In this document: positions 40,359 through 49,810 of the stretch, piece by piece
Numbering within the stretch: the first letter of the stretch is position 1
How the letters are laid out: every line of letters begins with the position of its first letter
NCBI GenBank assembly: GCA_048270185.1
Contig: JBLWTJ010000003.1
Location: forward strand, 160,001-224,000
DNA from: Bacteriovoracaceae bacterium
GTDB lineage: Bacteria > Bdellovibrionota > Bacteriovoracia > Bacteriovoracales > Bacteriovoracaceae
DNA: 64,000 nucleotides
Direction: 5' to 3'
Position numbers and translations under genes: made by a program
The notes under the pieces: generated by a model
The model's input: the letters and a program-made list of their open reading frames with translations, nothing else
Told to the model about the DNA's origin: nothing
Database searches by the model: none

Positions 40359-40989
40359 TGAGTTAGTAAGTTTTATCAATGATAAAGTAAGTGGTGCAAA
40401 TGCATCACTAATTGAAAACGAAGCAGGGGATAAGCCAATCCTAATTGATGCTTCAAAAATCAAAGACGTTTGCTACGCTCTTAGAGATAGCTCTGAATAT
40501 CAATTCAATGTCCTTCAAGTTGTATCAGGTGTCGATTACCCTGAAGAGATCGAAGTTAATTATATGCTAGCTTCTTTTATTACAAACTCAGATGACGTTA
40601 TCCTAAAAGTTAAGCTTCCTAAAGCTAACAAAGATGATGTTCCAAAAATCGATTCTGTTTGTGACGTTTGGAAGTCTGCGAACTTCTTAGAGAGAGAAGT
40701 ATATGACATGAACGGAGTTGAATTCGTTGGTCACCCAGACTTTAGAAGAATTCTATGTCCAGAAGATTGGGAAGGTTTCCCATTACGTAAGGACTATGAA
40801 GTTCAAAAAGCTTGGCAAGGTCATGAGATTAATCCTGAACATAAGATCAATAATGCTGATCATGAATTCTTTGCTAAGGCTAGAATTGATGCAGCTGAAC
40901 CGAAGAAAATTTCGGGGTCTTGGGACGGAAAGATTGCAGCCGACTTAGAAGCCGCTTTAAATAAGAAAATGGAAGAAGCAAATAAATAA
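40351..40989 (+). CDS. nuoC: NADH-quinone oxidoreductase subunit C
   Basis: [39 protein letters not shown]. Confidence 0.96.
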   Translation: MLNELVSFINDKVSGANASLIENEAGDKPILIDASKIKDVCYALRDSSEYQFNVLQVVSGVDYPEEIEVNYMLASFITNSDDVILKVKLPKANKDDVPKIDSVCDVWKSANFLEREVYDMNGVEFVGHPDFRRILCPEDWEGFPLRKDYEVQKAWQGHEINPEHKINNADHEFFAKARIDAAEPKKISGSWDGKIAADLEAALNKKMEEANK

Positions 40990-41005
40990 TTTTAAGGATA
41001 TTTTA

Positions 41006-42151
41006 ATGGAAGATAATACATTAAAAACACAACAAGAAGCCTTACATACTGATCTTCTGACAGTAAATATGGGGCCTCAACACCCTGCCACTCACGGGGT
41101 TCTAAGAGTTGAAATTAAAACTGACTCTGAAATCGTGGTTGAAGCGACACCTTACCTTGGTTACCTTCACCGTTGTATGGAAAAGCATAGTGAGCATTTA
41201 GACTACCGAGGAATCATTCCTTTCACTGATCGTATGGACTACCTAGCTTCAATGTCAATGGAGTGGGGATATGTTCAAGCAATCGAAAAGATGCTTGGTA
41301 CAGAAGTTCCAGAAAGAGCTGAGTACGTAAGAATTATCGTTGCAGAACTTCAAAGAATTGCATCACACTTAATGTACTTTGGTACATACGCAATTGACCT
41401 TGGGGCCTTCACTCCGTTCTTATATGCTTTCCAAGATAGAGAGCAAATCCTAAGAATCTTTGAAGAGCTTTCAGGAGCCCGTCTACTTTATAACTATATT
41501 TGGGTAGGTGGTGTATGGAATGATATTAATGACGATCAACTTCGTCGTATCGATAAATTCTGTACTGAAATGGAAGAGAACATGAAGAAGTACCACGATC
41601 TTGTTGGTATGAACGCTATTTTCCGTAACAGAACAGCTAATGTTGGTATCGTAACTCCTGAGATGGCCTATGAATATGGTGCGACTGGTGCTGTTCTTCG
41701 TGGTTCAGGTGTTGAATGGGACCTTCGTAAGAAGAAGCCATACGGACTTTATGAAAAATTTGATTTTGATGTTGTAACTGGTAAAGGTGAAATGGGAACT
41801 GTTGGTGACTGTTGGGATCGTTACTACGTACGTGTTTTCGAAATCTTTGAATCAATTAAAATCCTTCGCCAAGCACTTGATGGTATTGAAGCTGGACCAG
41901 TTATGGGGAAAGTTCCAAAAATCATCAAACTTCCAAAAGGTGAAATTTATACAAAAACTGAGTGTCCACGTGGAGAGCTTGGTTACCACATCGTATCTGA
42001 CGGTGGTAAGACTCCTTACAGAGTTAAAGTTAAGTCTTCATGTTTTACACACACTTCAATGCTTCCAGAGCTAGGGAAAGGGCAAATGATCGCTGACTTC
42101 GTAGCAACTATTGGTAGTATTGATATTGTACTAGGAGAGGTTGACCGATGA
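41006..42151 (+). CDS. nuoD: NADH-quinone oxidoreductase subunit D
   Basis: NMGPQHPATHGVLR, GYLHR.MEK, DRMDY, ECPRGELG, DIVLGEVDR. Confidence 0.97.
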   Translation: MEDNTLKTQQEALHTDLLTVNMGPQHPATHGVLRVEIKTDSEIVVEATPYLGYLHRCMEKHSEHLDYRGIIPFTDRMDYLASMSMEWGYVQAIEKMLGTEVPERAEYVRIIVAELQRIASHLMYFGTYAIDLGAFTPFLYAFQDREQILRIFEELSGARLLYNYIWVGGVWNDINDDQLRRIDKFCTEMEENMKKYHDLVGMNAIFRNRTANVGIVTPEMAYEYGATGAVLRGSGVEWDLRKKKPYGLYEKFDFDVVTGKGEMGTVGDCWDRYYVRVFEIFESIKILRQALDGIEAGPVMGKVPKIIKLPKGEIYTKTECPRGELGYHIVSDGGKTPYRVKVKSSCFTHTSMLPELGKGQMIADFVATIGSIDIVLGEVDR

Positions 42152-42666
42152 GCACTCAAGCAACTTATCAAGCAAGTGATGAACTAACGATTGGAAAGTG
42201 GTTTAATAATATCTGGACTGCAGTTAGAACGGTAACTAAAGGTCTTGGAATCACTTTTAAATATGTATACGGTGTTAAGCCTGTAACAATTGAATACCCA
42301 GAAGTTAGAGAGGAGCTTCCAAAGAACTCTCGTTCACGTCTTTTTAATGACGCTGAAAACTGTATCTCTTGTTACCAATGTGCAACAGCATGTCCAGTTG
42401 ACTGTATCTATATTACAGCTGTTAGACGTGAAAAAGATGCACCAGTACTTAAAACAAGTGGTGGAACTCCAATCAAGTTAGATCTACTTCAATACACAAT
42501 CGACACAGCTCTTTGCTGTTACTGTGGTCTTTGTACAACAGTTTGTCCTACTGAGTGTCTAACTCACACGACTGACTACGAATTCTCTCAATATACTCTT
42601 GATGAGATGAAGTATGACTACCTTGCTCCAGATATCAAAAAATGGCGTGAGCGTATTGTGAAGTAA
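42148..42666 (+). CDS. nuoI: NADH-quinone oxidoreductase subunit I (2x[4Fe-4S])
   Basis: VTIEYPE, CISCYQCATACP, CCYCGLCTTVCP. Confidence 0.95.
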   Translation: MSTQATYQASDELTIGKWFNNIWTAVRTVTKGLGITFKYVYGVKPVTIEYPEVREELPKNSRSRLFNDAENCISCYQCATACPVDCIYITAVRREKDAPVLKTSGGTPIKLDLLQYTIDTALCCYCGLCTTVCPTECLTHTTDYEFSQYTLDEMKYDYLAPDIKKWRERIVK

Positions 42667-42689
42667 GCAACTTAAAAAAATGATTATAT

Positions 42690-42716
42690 AAGGCTCCGTT
42701 TGGAGCCTTTTTTTTT
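42690..42716 (+). terminator. Intrinsic terminator after nuoI
   Basis: AAGGCTCC-GTTT-GGAGCCTT followed by a long T run. Confidence 0.92.
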
Positions 42717-42768
42717 GACACTGCTCAAGCCTTAAACACCCTAAGTTCTTAATATCCCATCAGAAATC

Positions 42769-42784
42769 TGGCACTTCTCTTGCT
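42769..42784 (+). promoter_or_regulatory. Sigma54 (-24/-12) promoter
   Basis: TGGCAC-TTCTC-TTGCT, exact consensus, about 40 nt upstream of ATG 42824. Confidence 0.8.
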
Positions 42785-42823
42785 CTATATAATCCTATCT
42801 TAAAAGTTTTTCTGGAGGATTAG

Positions 42824-43324
42824 ATGAAATCACTTATGAAAATTATGCTTCTTATGGCCCTAATGTTTAACTCATTTGCATCAGATAAGAAGATCATCAA
42901 GGCACTTGGCGATCTTAAAGTTGATGGGAAGCCTATGAAGTCTATCACTATTGAAGGGTCAAAGCTTTCAATCGGAGATGGTATCTCTAATCAATTCATG
43001 TTTGAATTTGATCCGAAGAATAAACGAATGAAAGAATTAATGATCGAAATCTTAAAAGAGAGCGATATAAATCTTTTAAAGAATTTAGAAGGAAAGATAG
43101 AGGCCCAGGTTCTAGTCTATGATGGTGAAGAAGTTAAGTTACTTGAAGCGATGGCACTTTTAGACTTTCTTGAGCGATGTGGCTTTGGTTGGATTTGTGA
43201 TGATGAAGACGATGAGGATGATGCAATCGAGCAAAGTGATTTAAAGCGTTTTGAAATTAAAGAATCTCAAATAATAAATAAAGAAGTAGTTAAGGCCGTA
43301 AAGTCTAACTCTTCTTTAAAGTAG
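42824..43324 (+). CDS. Secreted hypothetical protein
   Basis: RBS GGAGG; signal peptide ending SFA/S; CGFGWIC followed by an acidic run. Confidence 0.85.
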   Translation: MKSLMKIMLLMALMFNSFASDKKIIKALGDLKVDGKPMKSITIEGSKLSIGDGISNQFMFEFDPKNKRMKELMIEILKESDINLLKNLEGKIEAQVLVYDGEEVKLLEAMALLDFLERCGFGWICDDEDDEDDAIEQSDLKRFEIKESQIINKEVVKAVKSNSSLK

Positions 43325-44039
43325 ATAATTCCTTAGAAAACTCATTAATCTGGTCGAGCATCCTCTTGTGTGTCTCGGCCATAATTTCTTCAATATCATC
43401 TAGTGTCTTACCAACAGTTGAGATTGGCTCTAGTGCCTTCATAATTACTTTTCCAGGAACTAATTTCTTAAGATCAAATGATTCTTCATATTGAGAGAAG
43501 ACAACAGGATAGATAGGAAGTTGTCCTTCAATGGCCACAACAAATGGGCCCTTCTTAAACGGTAGTAGACCTCGACCTTTTGAACGAGTTCCTTCCGGCA
43601 TGATCCAAACATTGCAATTGTCTTCTTTAATCGTTCTTGCAACTTCCTTCATTACATTCCAGGCCTTCTTGCGATTGCCGCGGTTAATGAGGATATTTCC
43701 AGAAAGCCAGTACATTTGGCCAAAGAATGGAATATAGACAAGTGATTTTTTTCCAAGAGAAACAGTTCTCGTTGGAAGAATAGGGCCTACAAAGAAGATA
43801 TCAAGATTTGATTGATGGTTAGAAATAATAACACTATTTCTAATATACTTATGACCTTTAGGCATACGAGCATCAAGTTTAATATTTAAAAAGATGCGTG
43901 TTAGCCATGAGTAGTAAGTGGCAATAAAGTGCGTGTTACCACGATTGGCCGGTCTAAACATGCAAATTGGGATCCAGATAATTGTTCCAATAACAAGAAA
44001 TAGTCCAGCTAGAAATAGGCGAAAGTACATTAATAACAT
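43305..44039 (-). CDS. plsC: 1-acyl-sn-glycerol-3-phosphate acyltransferase
   Basis: NHQSNLD, GNILINR, PEGTRS, PFKKGPF. Confidence 0.95.
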   Translation of the reverse strand: MLLMYFRLFLAGLFLVIGTIIWIPICMFRPANRGNTHFIATYYSWLTRIFLNIKLDARMPKGHKYIRNSVIISNHQSNLDIFFVGPILPTRTVSLGKKSLVYIPFFGQMYWLSGNILINRGNRKKAWNVMKEVARTIKEDNCNVWIMPEGTRSKGRGLLPFKKGPFVVAIEGQLPIYPVVFSQYEESFDLKKLVPGKVIMKALEPISTVGKTLDDIEEIMAETHKRMLDQINEFSKELSTLKKS

Positions 44040-44115
44040 TTGTATTTTATATCATAAGAATCATCTCAATTTGATTCTTATTCCAAGCTCTCTTAACGTA
44101 TATTAGTTAGAATCG

Positions 44116-44562
44116 TTAAAATAAAGTAATAAGAATTACTGATCCGATGGCCATGAGGATTCCAAAGCCTTTCGTCATCGTAAGTGGAATATGCTCAATG
44201 AAAACATCCCAAAGAACGCTTGTTACCATTTGTGCAGCAATAAGGCCAACTGTTGTTTTTACTGCTCCAATCTCATAAATCCCAAGTGGAAGTCCAACAA
44301 CAAATAGAAATCCAAAAATACCAGGGATCACGTACCACCATTTAAATTGAAACTCTTTTAGACGAACAAAGTCAGGAAACATTTCAGGATTAGCTTTTAC
44401 GAAGAAGTAGAAACCAATACAAACAAGAAGAGTCACAACATTCCCTAGAAGCGCCATCCAAGTAAGACCAATATCATTTGTCATTAGACGGTTAAGAGCT
44501 CCTTGAAGGATTCCAATACAACCAATAAATAGAGGGACAATAATTGCAATATTTTGAGACAT
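44116..44562 (-). CDS. DMT-superfamily small transporter (YdcZ/DUF606-like)
   Basis: Five hydrophobic segments; LQGALN, WWYVIPGIFG, IGAV...AQMVTSVLWD. Confidence 0.8.
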   Translation of the reverse strand: MSQNIAIIVPLFIGCIGILQGALNRLMTNDIGLTWMALLGNVVTLLVCIGFYFFVKANPEMFPDFVRLKEFQFKWWYVIPGIFGFLFVVGLPLGIYEIGAVKTTVGLIAAQMVTSVLWDVFIEHIPLTMTKGFGILMAIGSVILITLF

Positions 44563-44575
44563 TCTTTTTCCTATT

Positions 44576-45772
44576 TTATTTTTTTAGTAGTGTTAAGCCT
44601 TTAAGGTAATCACCTTCAATAAAGCCTTTAAGAGAAGGGCAATCTTCCACAAGTTTTAGTGCACCTGTGATACTGATTTTTCTCTTTCCAATATATTCTT
44701 TAATTTTCGTTTCAAACTTCTTTCTCGTTACAGAATGAGTATTTAAAAAGATATGGGCCTTACCACCTTTATTTAAAATCATATCAAAAAGTGGAACTAG
44801 GTCTTTATAAGCATCAATAGCTTTAGATACTTTCTTCCCATCACTTGAAGCACTTGGTGGATCACAGATGATAAGATCGAATTTTGTACCATCAGCTTTA
44901 AATTTTTCAAGGGCCTTAATTGTTGGCATACAAAGAGAAGTATTTCCCTCCATTGCATTTAGATCAAGGTTTTCTTGTAGCCAGTCTAGGTACTTATTCG
45001 AAAGATCAACACTTGTCACTTCTGTTGCACCATTCTTTAATGCGAATAAAGAGTAAGCGCCAGTGTAGCTATATAGGTTAAGAACAGATTTACCTTCGAA
45101 ATCATCTTTGATGCGATTTCTAATACCGGCCATGTCTGTATAAATTCCGATGTCATAGAATTGGTTTAGACGAATCTGATACTTGATACCAAATTCTTCA
45201 ATGACGAATTCTTCTTCAGTTAAATTCTTATTAGTAGCACAGTAGAACTCTTTCTTTCTTTTAAGATTTCTCTTTTGTACCCAAACAGTGTCTTTAGGGA
45301 AGAAGTCTTTAACAATTCTTAGAACATCTTTTTCAAAGTGGTTCCAGAAGTTTGCATAGAATTGAATGAGGATGCGATCTTTTAGACGTATGATAAAAAG
45401 CCCCGGAAGGTAATCAGTTTCACCAAAAGCGAGGTAGTAATTTTCACGCCCTAAGTCTCCACCTCTGGCTTCAAATGAAGCTTGCATTCTTTCTCTTAGT
45501 TCAAAGTAGAAGTCCTTAGGGCCAAGATGTGATCCTTCTCCAATGCGCCAAACACGAGCAAGAACAGTGTCATGTGTAGGATCATTTAGAAGGATTGCAA
45601 ATTTCTTCTCATCTAATTTTGCCGTCACAAAAGGTGAACCTTTCGGGAATCTTTGAGAGTAGCTATCTTTTGTAATCCAAGGGTGATCCTTGAAAATATA
45701 CTTTATACTTGCTGGGTGGAGGTCAACTCGTGGAGTACGGATGCGACTGCGCCCAGTGGATTTTTTGTTCAT
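44576..45772 (-). CDS. Class I SAM-dependent rRNA methyltransferase (RlmI/RlmK-like)
   Basis: HPWI PUA-like start, ETDYLPGL, VLNLYSYTGAYS, FDLIICDPPS. Confidence 0.9.
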   Translation of the reverse strand: MNKKSTGRSRIRTPRVDLHPASIKYIFKDHPWITKDSYSQRFPKGSPFVTAKLDEKKFAILLNDPTHDTVLARVWRIGEGSHLGPKDFYFELRERMQASFEARGGDLGRENYYLAFGETDYLPGLFIIRLKDRILIQFYANFWNHFEKDVLRIVKDFFPKDTVWVQKRNLKRKKEFYCATNKNLTEEEFVIEEFGIKYQIRLNQFYDIGIYTDMAGIRNRIKDDFEGKSVLNLYSYTGAYSLFALKNGATEVTSVDLSNKYLDWLQENLDLNAMEGNTSLCMPTIKALEKFKADGTKFDLIICDPPSASSDGKKVSKAIDAYKDLVPLFDMILNKGGKAHIFLNTHSVTRKKFETKIKEYIGKRKISITGALKLVEDCPSLKGFIEGDYLKGLTLLKK

Positions 45773-45775
45773 TTT

Positions 45776-46084
45776 CTATCTTTCTTGTTGTGATTGTTCT
45801 TCGAGCTTAATTCTGTATTGCAGATTATTCTCAAGAAGCAGTAGGAGTTTATTTGTTATATCAAATGGGTTTGATAGATCGATGATCCCATATTCTTGCA
45901 GACGAAACTTTGTTTCTAAATCCAAATTTACATAAGGATCAAAAGTGTCACAAAAACTTCTCAGTTCGGCCAGGGCTTCGTCATTTAGATAGAAGTCTGG
46001 GCGAACAATATCTTGCTCGATTTGAGTCTGCTGATTTTGGTGACTCTTATTCTGAATTTGAAATACTTCGTCTCTTGTTTCCAT
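45776..46084 (-). CDS. Hypothetical protein
   Basis: 102-aa ORF ending 3 nt before the methyltransferase start on the same strand. Confidence 0.7.
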   Translation of the reverse strand: METRDEVFQIQNKSHQNQQTQIEQDIVRPDFYLNDEALAELRSFCDTFDPYVNLDLETKFRLQEYGIIDLSNPFDITNKLLLLLENNLQYRIKLEEQSQQER

Positions 46085-46138
46085 TAAATATTGTTATTTC
46101 AGATACATAGCGTTACGTCAAGATATGGAGGTAAACAC

Positions 46139-46999
46139 ATGGCCATTTTAAGTTTTTTTCTTATAACAATTTCCGTCCTATTTATTCCAACTGAGAAGCT
46201 TTTATCTAAATTCAGTGACTTAAGGAAGAAGTATCGAACTCGTTACCAAAGAGGGAAGGATTTACTCATCGAGTTAACAAGTCTCCACTTGTTAGGGGAT
46301 TTGACTCACTTATCTAGTTATAAGTTCTATGAGACCCTCATTCTTGAGATAGCCATCGTCACAAAAGAGTATGGTGTAGCAACTTCAAAGACCTTATCTA
46401 AGATCCGCCATGCACTTTCTAAGGACTTAGTAATTGAAAAGAAGCTGGCCGCTACAATTAGTGAAACTTACTTTCAGTTCTTCTTGTCACAGGCCTTAAC
46501 GGTTTTATTGAGTATCTTCTCGTCTTCAATTCTAGAGCTTGAAATTGATTTGACCTTTCTTTTGTTTGCTTCTCTATATAGTTTAATTGGATACTTTACT
46601 TTCGCACTTATTATTAAAAAACTTGAAAGGAGATTATTGTCTCCTGTTGGCCAGGCCCTTAAGTCATTTCTAATTTTTAAGATGCTCTACGATGTCGGGG
46701 CCCCTCTCAATTATCTTATTGAAAAATCTAAAATAAACTGCCTTATGGACCTTAAGACATCTTTCTCACACGAACTTTATCGACGCTTAGCTGCATTAGT
46801 GGAGCTTCGCCAAAACCAGGGGATGGAGATAAAAGAGGACCTTGAGTCGATGGAGATTGGCCTATGGGATGAGTATCAAGGCCAGAACGAAGCCTTAAGT
46901 AGTCGTGTCACTATCCTTAAGTTTGTCTGGCTTATAATCTTTTTCTTTACTCCGTACGTTGCTAACTTCTTCAGGCTCGTAACTCGTTTAAATCTTTAG
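46139..46999 (+). CDS. Membrane protein, probable fused TadB/TadC (T2SSF-like) pilus platform protein
   Basis: RBS GGAGGT favours ATG 46139. Two helical segments each followed by TM helices resemble the TadB and TadC C-termini. Confidence 0.6.
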   Translation: MAILSFFLITISVLFIPTEKLLSKFSDLRKKYRTRYQRGKDLLIELTSLHLLGDLTHLSSYKFYETLILEIAIVTKEYGVATSKTLSKIRHALSKDLVIEKKLAATISETYFQFFLSQALTVLLSIFSSSILELEIDLTFLLFASLYSLIGYFTFALIIKKLERRLLSPVGQALKSFLIFKMLYDVGAPLNYLIEKSKINCLMDLKTSFSHELYRRLAALVELRQNQGMEIKEDLESMEIGLWDEYQGQNEALSSRVTILKFVWLIIFFFTPYVANFFRLVTRLNL

Positions 47000-47080
47000 T
47001 TTGAGCTGCGCTGAATGATTGATCTTCTATTGTTTTAACGGTAATTTGTATAGGTTAAATTTTAAACTGGAGCAGCTACA

Positions 47081-48766
47081 ATGGCCTATCAAAATGATAA
47101 GCAAATTATTTATTCAATGAATCGTGTTGGAAAAGTCTATAAACAAAAACACGTTCTAAAAGATATCTCACTATCATACTTCTATGGAGCTAAGATTGGT
47201 GTACTCGGTCTTAATGGTGCTGGTAAGTCGACACTTCTTAAGATCATGGCAGGACTTGATCAAGACCATCTTGGTGAAACTCACTTAGCAAAAAATTATT
47301 CAGTTGGATACCTTGAGCAAGAGCCAAAACTTGACCCAGAACTAACTGTTAGAGAAGTTGTCCAGCAAGGTTGTCAGGAGACAGTTGATCTACTTGCTAA
47401 GTTTGATGAGATCTCTGCTAAGTTCATGGAACCAATGTCAGATGACGAAATGAATGACCTACTTGATAAGCAAGCAAAGCTTCAAGATAAACTTGATGCC
47501 GCTGATGCTTGGACTCTTGATAGTCAACTCGATCTAGCGATGGAAGCACTAAATTGTCCGCCATCAGATGCAAAGTGTGGAAATCTATCAGGTGGAGAAA
47601 AGAGGAGGGTTGCCCTTTGTCGTCTACTTCTTCAAAAACCAGATATCCTTCTACTGGATGAGCCAACAAACCACCTTGATGCAGAAACTGTATGGTGGCT
47701 TGAAAGACACCTTCAACAATACAAAGGAACTGTTATTGCCGTAACACACGACCGTTACTTCCTTGATAATGTTGCCGGTTGGATTCTAGAGCTTGACCGT
47801 GGTCAAGGAATTCCATTCGAAGGTAATTACACTGGTTGGCTAGAAACGAAAGCAAAACGTCTTGCCCAAGAAGAAAAGCAAGAGTCAAAAAGACAAAAGG
47901 CCATGAAAGAAGAGCTTGAGTGGATTCGCTCAAACCCTAAAGCACGTCAGGCCAAGTCAAAAGCTCGTATCAAAAACTACGAAGAAAGAGCAAAAATTTC
48001 AAACGAAAAGAGAAACGAAACAAATGACTTATTTATTCCACCGGGGCCTCGTCTTGGTGATAAAGTTATCGTTGCTCAAGGAGTTTCAAAAGCATTTGAT
48101 GATAAGCTTCTTTATGAAGACCTCGAGTTCTCTCTTCCTCCAGGAGGGATCGTTGGGATTATCGGTCCAAACGGTGCAGGTAAGACGACACTATTTAAAA
48201 TGATTACAGGGCAAGAGAAGCCAACTGCTGGTACTTTTGATGTTGGTGAAACTGTTAAGCTTGCATATGTTGATCAAGGACGCGAGCTAGATCCAAATAA
48301 AACGATTTACGATGTCGTTGCTGATGGACATGAATTGATTACAGTTGGTGGCCAGGAAGTAAACTCTCGTGCGTATATTGCAAAGTTCAATTTCTCTGGT
48401 GAAGACCAAAAGAAGAAGGTTACTGAACTTTCTGGTGGAGAAAGAAACCGTGTTCACCTTGCAAAAGTTCTTAAAGAAGGTGGAAATGTACTTCTACTAG
48501 ATGAGCCAACAAACGACCTTGATGTTAATACTCTTCAAGCTCTTGAGAAGGCCCTTGTCGACTATGCTGGTTGTGCTGTTATTATTTCCCATGATCGCTT
48601 CTTCTTAGACCGTCTTGCTACACATATTCTTGCCTTTGAAGGTGAGGGTAAAGCTGTGTGGTTTGAAGGAAACTTTGCTGAGTACGAAGAGGATAAGAGA
48701 AAGCGTCTAGGAGATGCTGCAATCAATCCTAAGCGTTACACTTATAAGAAACTAACAAGAGATTAA
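47081..48766 (+). CDS. ettA: Energy-dependent translational throttle protein (ABC-F)
   Basis: IIYSMNRVGK, GAKIGVLGLNGAGKS, two ABC domains, ELEWIRSNPKARQAKSKARI linker. Confidence 0.97.
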   Translation: MAYQNDKQIIYSMNRVGKVYKQKHVLKDISLSYFYGAKIGVLGLNGAGKSTLLKIMAGLDQDHLGETHLAKNYSVGYLEQEPKLDPELTVREVVQQGCQETVDLLAKFDEISAKFMEPMSDDEMNDLLDKQAKLQDKLDAADAWTLDSQLDLAMEALNCPPSDAKCGNLSGGEKRRVALCRLLLQKPDILLLDEPTNHLDAETVWWLERHLQQYKGTVIAVTHDRYFLDNVAGWILELDRGQGIPFEGNYTGWLETKAKRLAQEEKQESKRQKAMKEELEWIRSNPKARQAKSKARIKNYEERAKISNEKRNETNDLFIPPGPRLGDKVIVAQGVSKAFDDKLLYEDLEFSLPPGGIVGIIGPNGAGKTTLFKMITGQEKPTAGTFDVGETVKLAYVDQGRELDPNKTIYDVVADGHELITVGGQEVNSRAYIAKFNFSGEDQKKKVTELSGGERNRVHLAKVLKEGGNVLLLDEPTNDLDVNTLQALEKALVDYAGCAVIISHDRFFLDRLATHILAFEGEGKAVWFEGNFAEYEEDKRKRLGDAAINPKRYTYKKLTRD

Positions 48767-48769
48767 TAC

Positions 48770-49810
48770 TTGAGAAGTGTTTATAAATTTGGTGGTAGCT
48801 CAATTAAAAGTGCTACCACCATTAAAGAAATCGCTGAGTTAATTTGTCATTGTCCAAACGACGCTCTTGTTGTTCTATCGGCAACATATAATTCAACGAA
48901 TGAGCTTGAAGAAATCTATCATAGTGAAAGTCATCTTCAGGAAGATCTCATTAAGGTTTTCTTTGATAAGCACAATAGTATAATATCTGAGCTAGGTTTA
49001 AACCTAAGCCTTGAGCATATTAAGGCCGAGCTTTGTGAAAGTCTTTTAAATGATAGTGGAGCAGATACTCTCGATTCGATCTATTGTATCGGTGAGCGTA
49101 CCTCAACGGCAATTCTTAGTAGCTACTTAACAAAGCTTGGTAAAGATCATCATCATGCCGACGCCCGAGATTTCATTACAACAAATACTGATTTTAATAG
49201 TGCGAAAGTACTCTTTAAAAATACAAAAGAGAAATGTCGTCAGCTAACAAAACATAAGCTTGTTATCACACAAGGCTTTATTGGAAGAACTCTTGATGGT
49301 AAAACTTCGACTCTCGGACGAGAAGGTTCTGATTACTCAGCGGCTATTTTTGCATGGGCCTTAGAAGATGTTAGTGAGCTTATCATTTGGAAAGATGTCC
49401 GTGGTATTTACGGGCATGATCCAAAGGTTCTCTCCAATGCTCCTCTGATATCTGCTCTAAGCTATCGCCAGACAAATCTATTAACAAACAAAGGTGCTAA
49501 GATCCTCTTTCATCGTACGATGAATCCTCTTATTGAAAAGGGACTACCGTTAATTGTAAAAAGTGTATTCCATCCGGAAGAGACCGGGACTCGTATCAGT
49601 GCAGAGGAGCGTGGAGCCTTTAAGGCCATCTCAACTGAAGATTCAACCATCACAGTCTTTGGTCAGGCCTTTGAAGATGTAAAACTTATTACTCATGCTT
49701 TTGAACTAGATGAGAATAATGATGATTACTTCTCGCTAAAAGTTAACCCACAAGAGATGAATGAGTGGATAAACCTCTTTGGTGATCAGCTATTTGGTTC
49801 TCATAAATAA
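48770..49810 (+). CDS. Aspartate kinase (short form)
   Basis: VYKFGGSS, LVVLSA, IGER, TQGFIG, TLGREGSDYSA, IWKDVRGIYGHDP. Confidence 0.9.
   Translation: MRSVYKFGGSSIKSATTIKEIAELICHCPNDALVVLSATYNSTNELEEIYHSESHLQEDLIKVFFDKHNSIISELGLNLSLEHIKAELCESLLNDSGADTLDSIYCIGERTSTAILSSYLTKLGKDHHHADARDFITTNTDFNSAKVLFKNTKEKCRQLTKHKLVITQGFIGRTLDGKTSTLGREGSDYSAAIFAWALEDVSELIIWKDVRGIYGHDPKVLSNAPLISALSYRQTNLLTNKGAKILFHRTMNPLIEKGLPLIVKSVFHPEETGTRISAEERGAFKAISTEDSTITVFGQAFEDVKLITHAFELDENNDDYFSLKVNPQEMNEWINLFGDQLFGSHK

Noticed and set aside
39876..42666. Group 4 [NiFe]-hydrogenase
   Set aside because: The large subunit lacks both CxxC nickel-binding motifs and ends DIVLGEVDR like NuoD.
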